In this document: one piece after another, positions 63,846-64,000 of the stretch | Layout of the letters: each line of letters begins with the position of its first letter | How positions within the stretch are numbered: the first letter of the stretch is position 1 | NCBI GenBank assembly: GCA_905178155.1 | Contig: CAJINV010000005.1 | Location: 6,041,754 to 6,105,753 of the forward strand | DNA: 64,000 bases | DNA from: Amoebophrya sp. A120 | Taxonomy: Eukaryota; Protista; Dinoflagellata | Direction of reading: 5' to 3' | The notes under the pieces: generated by a model | Database searches by the model: none | Told to the model about the DNA's origin: nothing | Seen by the model: only the letters and a program-made list of their open reading frames with translations | Translations under genes and position numbers: made by a program

Positions 63846-64000
63846 GGAGGTCGACGCTGTACTAGGGACTCATATAACACACCACAGCATGATGAGACAT
63901 AAAGTTTGTAGTGCGGATTTACCTTAGAAAAAGGATTTGTGATGCATGATCGCAATTGCATAATTTGATCAGAAGCTAATACTTGCCAAAAGAGTTCTCG

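Noticed and set aside
1-64000. Dinoflagellate spliced-leader relics, tRNA or rRNA genes
   Set aside because: No CCGTAGCCATTTTGGCTCAAG-like match or RNA gene signature was found by eye; a computational scan would be needed to exclude them.

Overview
Eukaryotic genomic DNA, most likely from a syndinian dinoflagellate of the Amoebophrya type (inferred from the gene architecture, not from a marker gene). All recognisable genes lie on the minus strand: a giant VPS13-family gene (>38 kb, about 10,600 codons in the window, 3' end off the left edge), a U1A/U2B''-family RRM protein, an Asp/Asn beta-hydroxylase-domain protein, a small secreted Cys-rich protein, a DUF3431-like secreted protein, a secreted coiled-coil protein, an ERD2/KDEL-receptor-like protein and the last exon of an actin-related gene. 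The dominant signal is 46 transposon-like non-canonical introns (introners) in about 10 sequence families. Almost all begin TAT and end ATA, carry terminal inverted repeats, are flanked by a 5-bp direct repeat of arbitrary sequence, and share a GCAT(G/T/C)ACAAA motif. At the junctions I translated by hand, removing the element plus one repeat restores the reading frame without GT-AG. Only five complete conventional introns were found (GT-AG or GC-AG). Other notable structures are a chimeric gene bounded by a duplication of the intergenic region, an introner carrying a nested insert with telomere-like repeats, and a repeat-spacer array at the right end. All coordinates were counted by hand.
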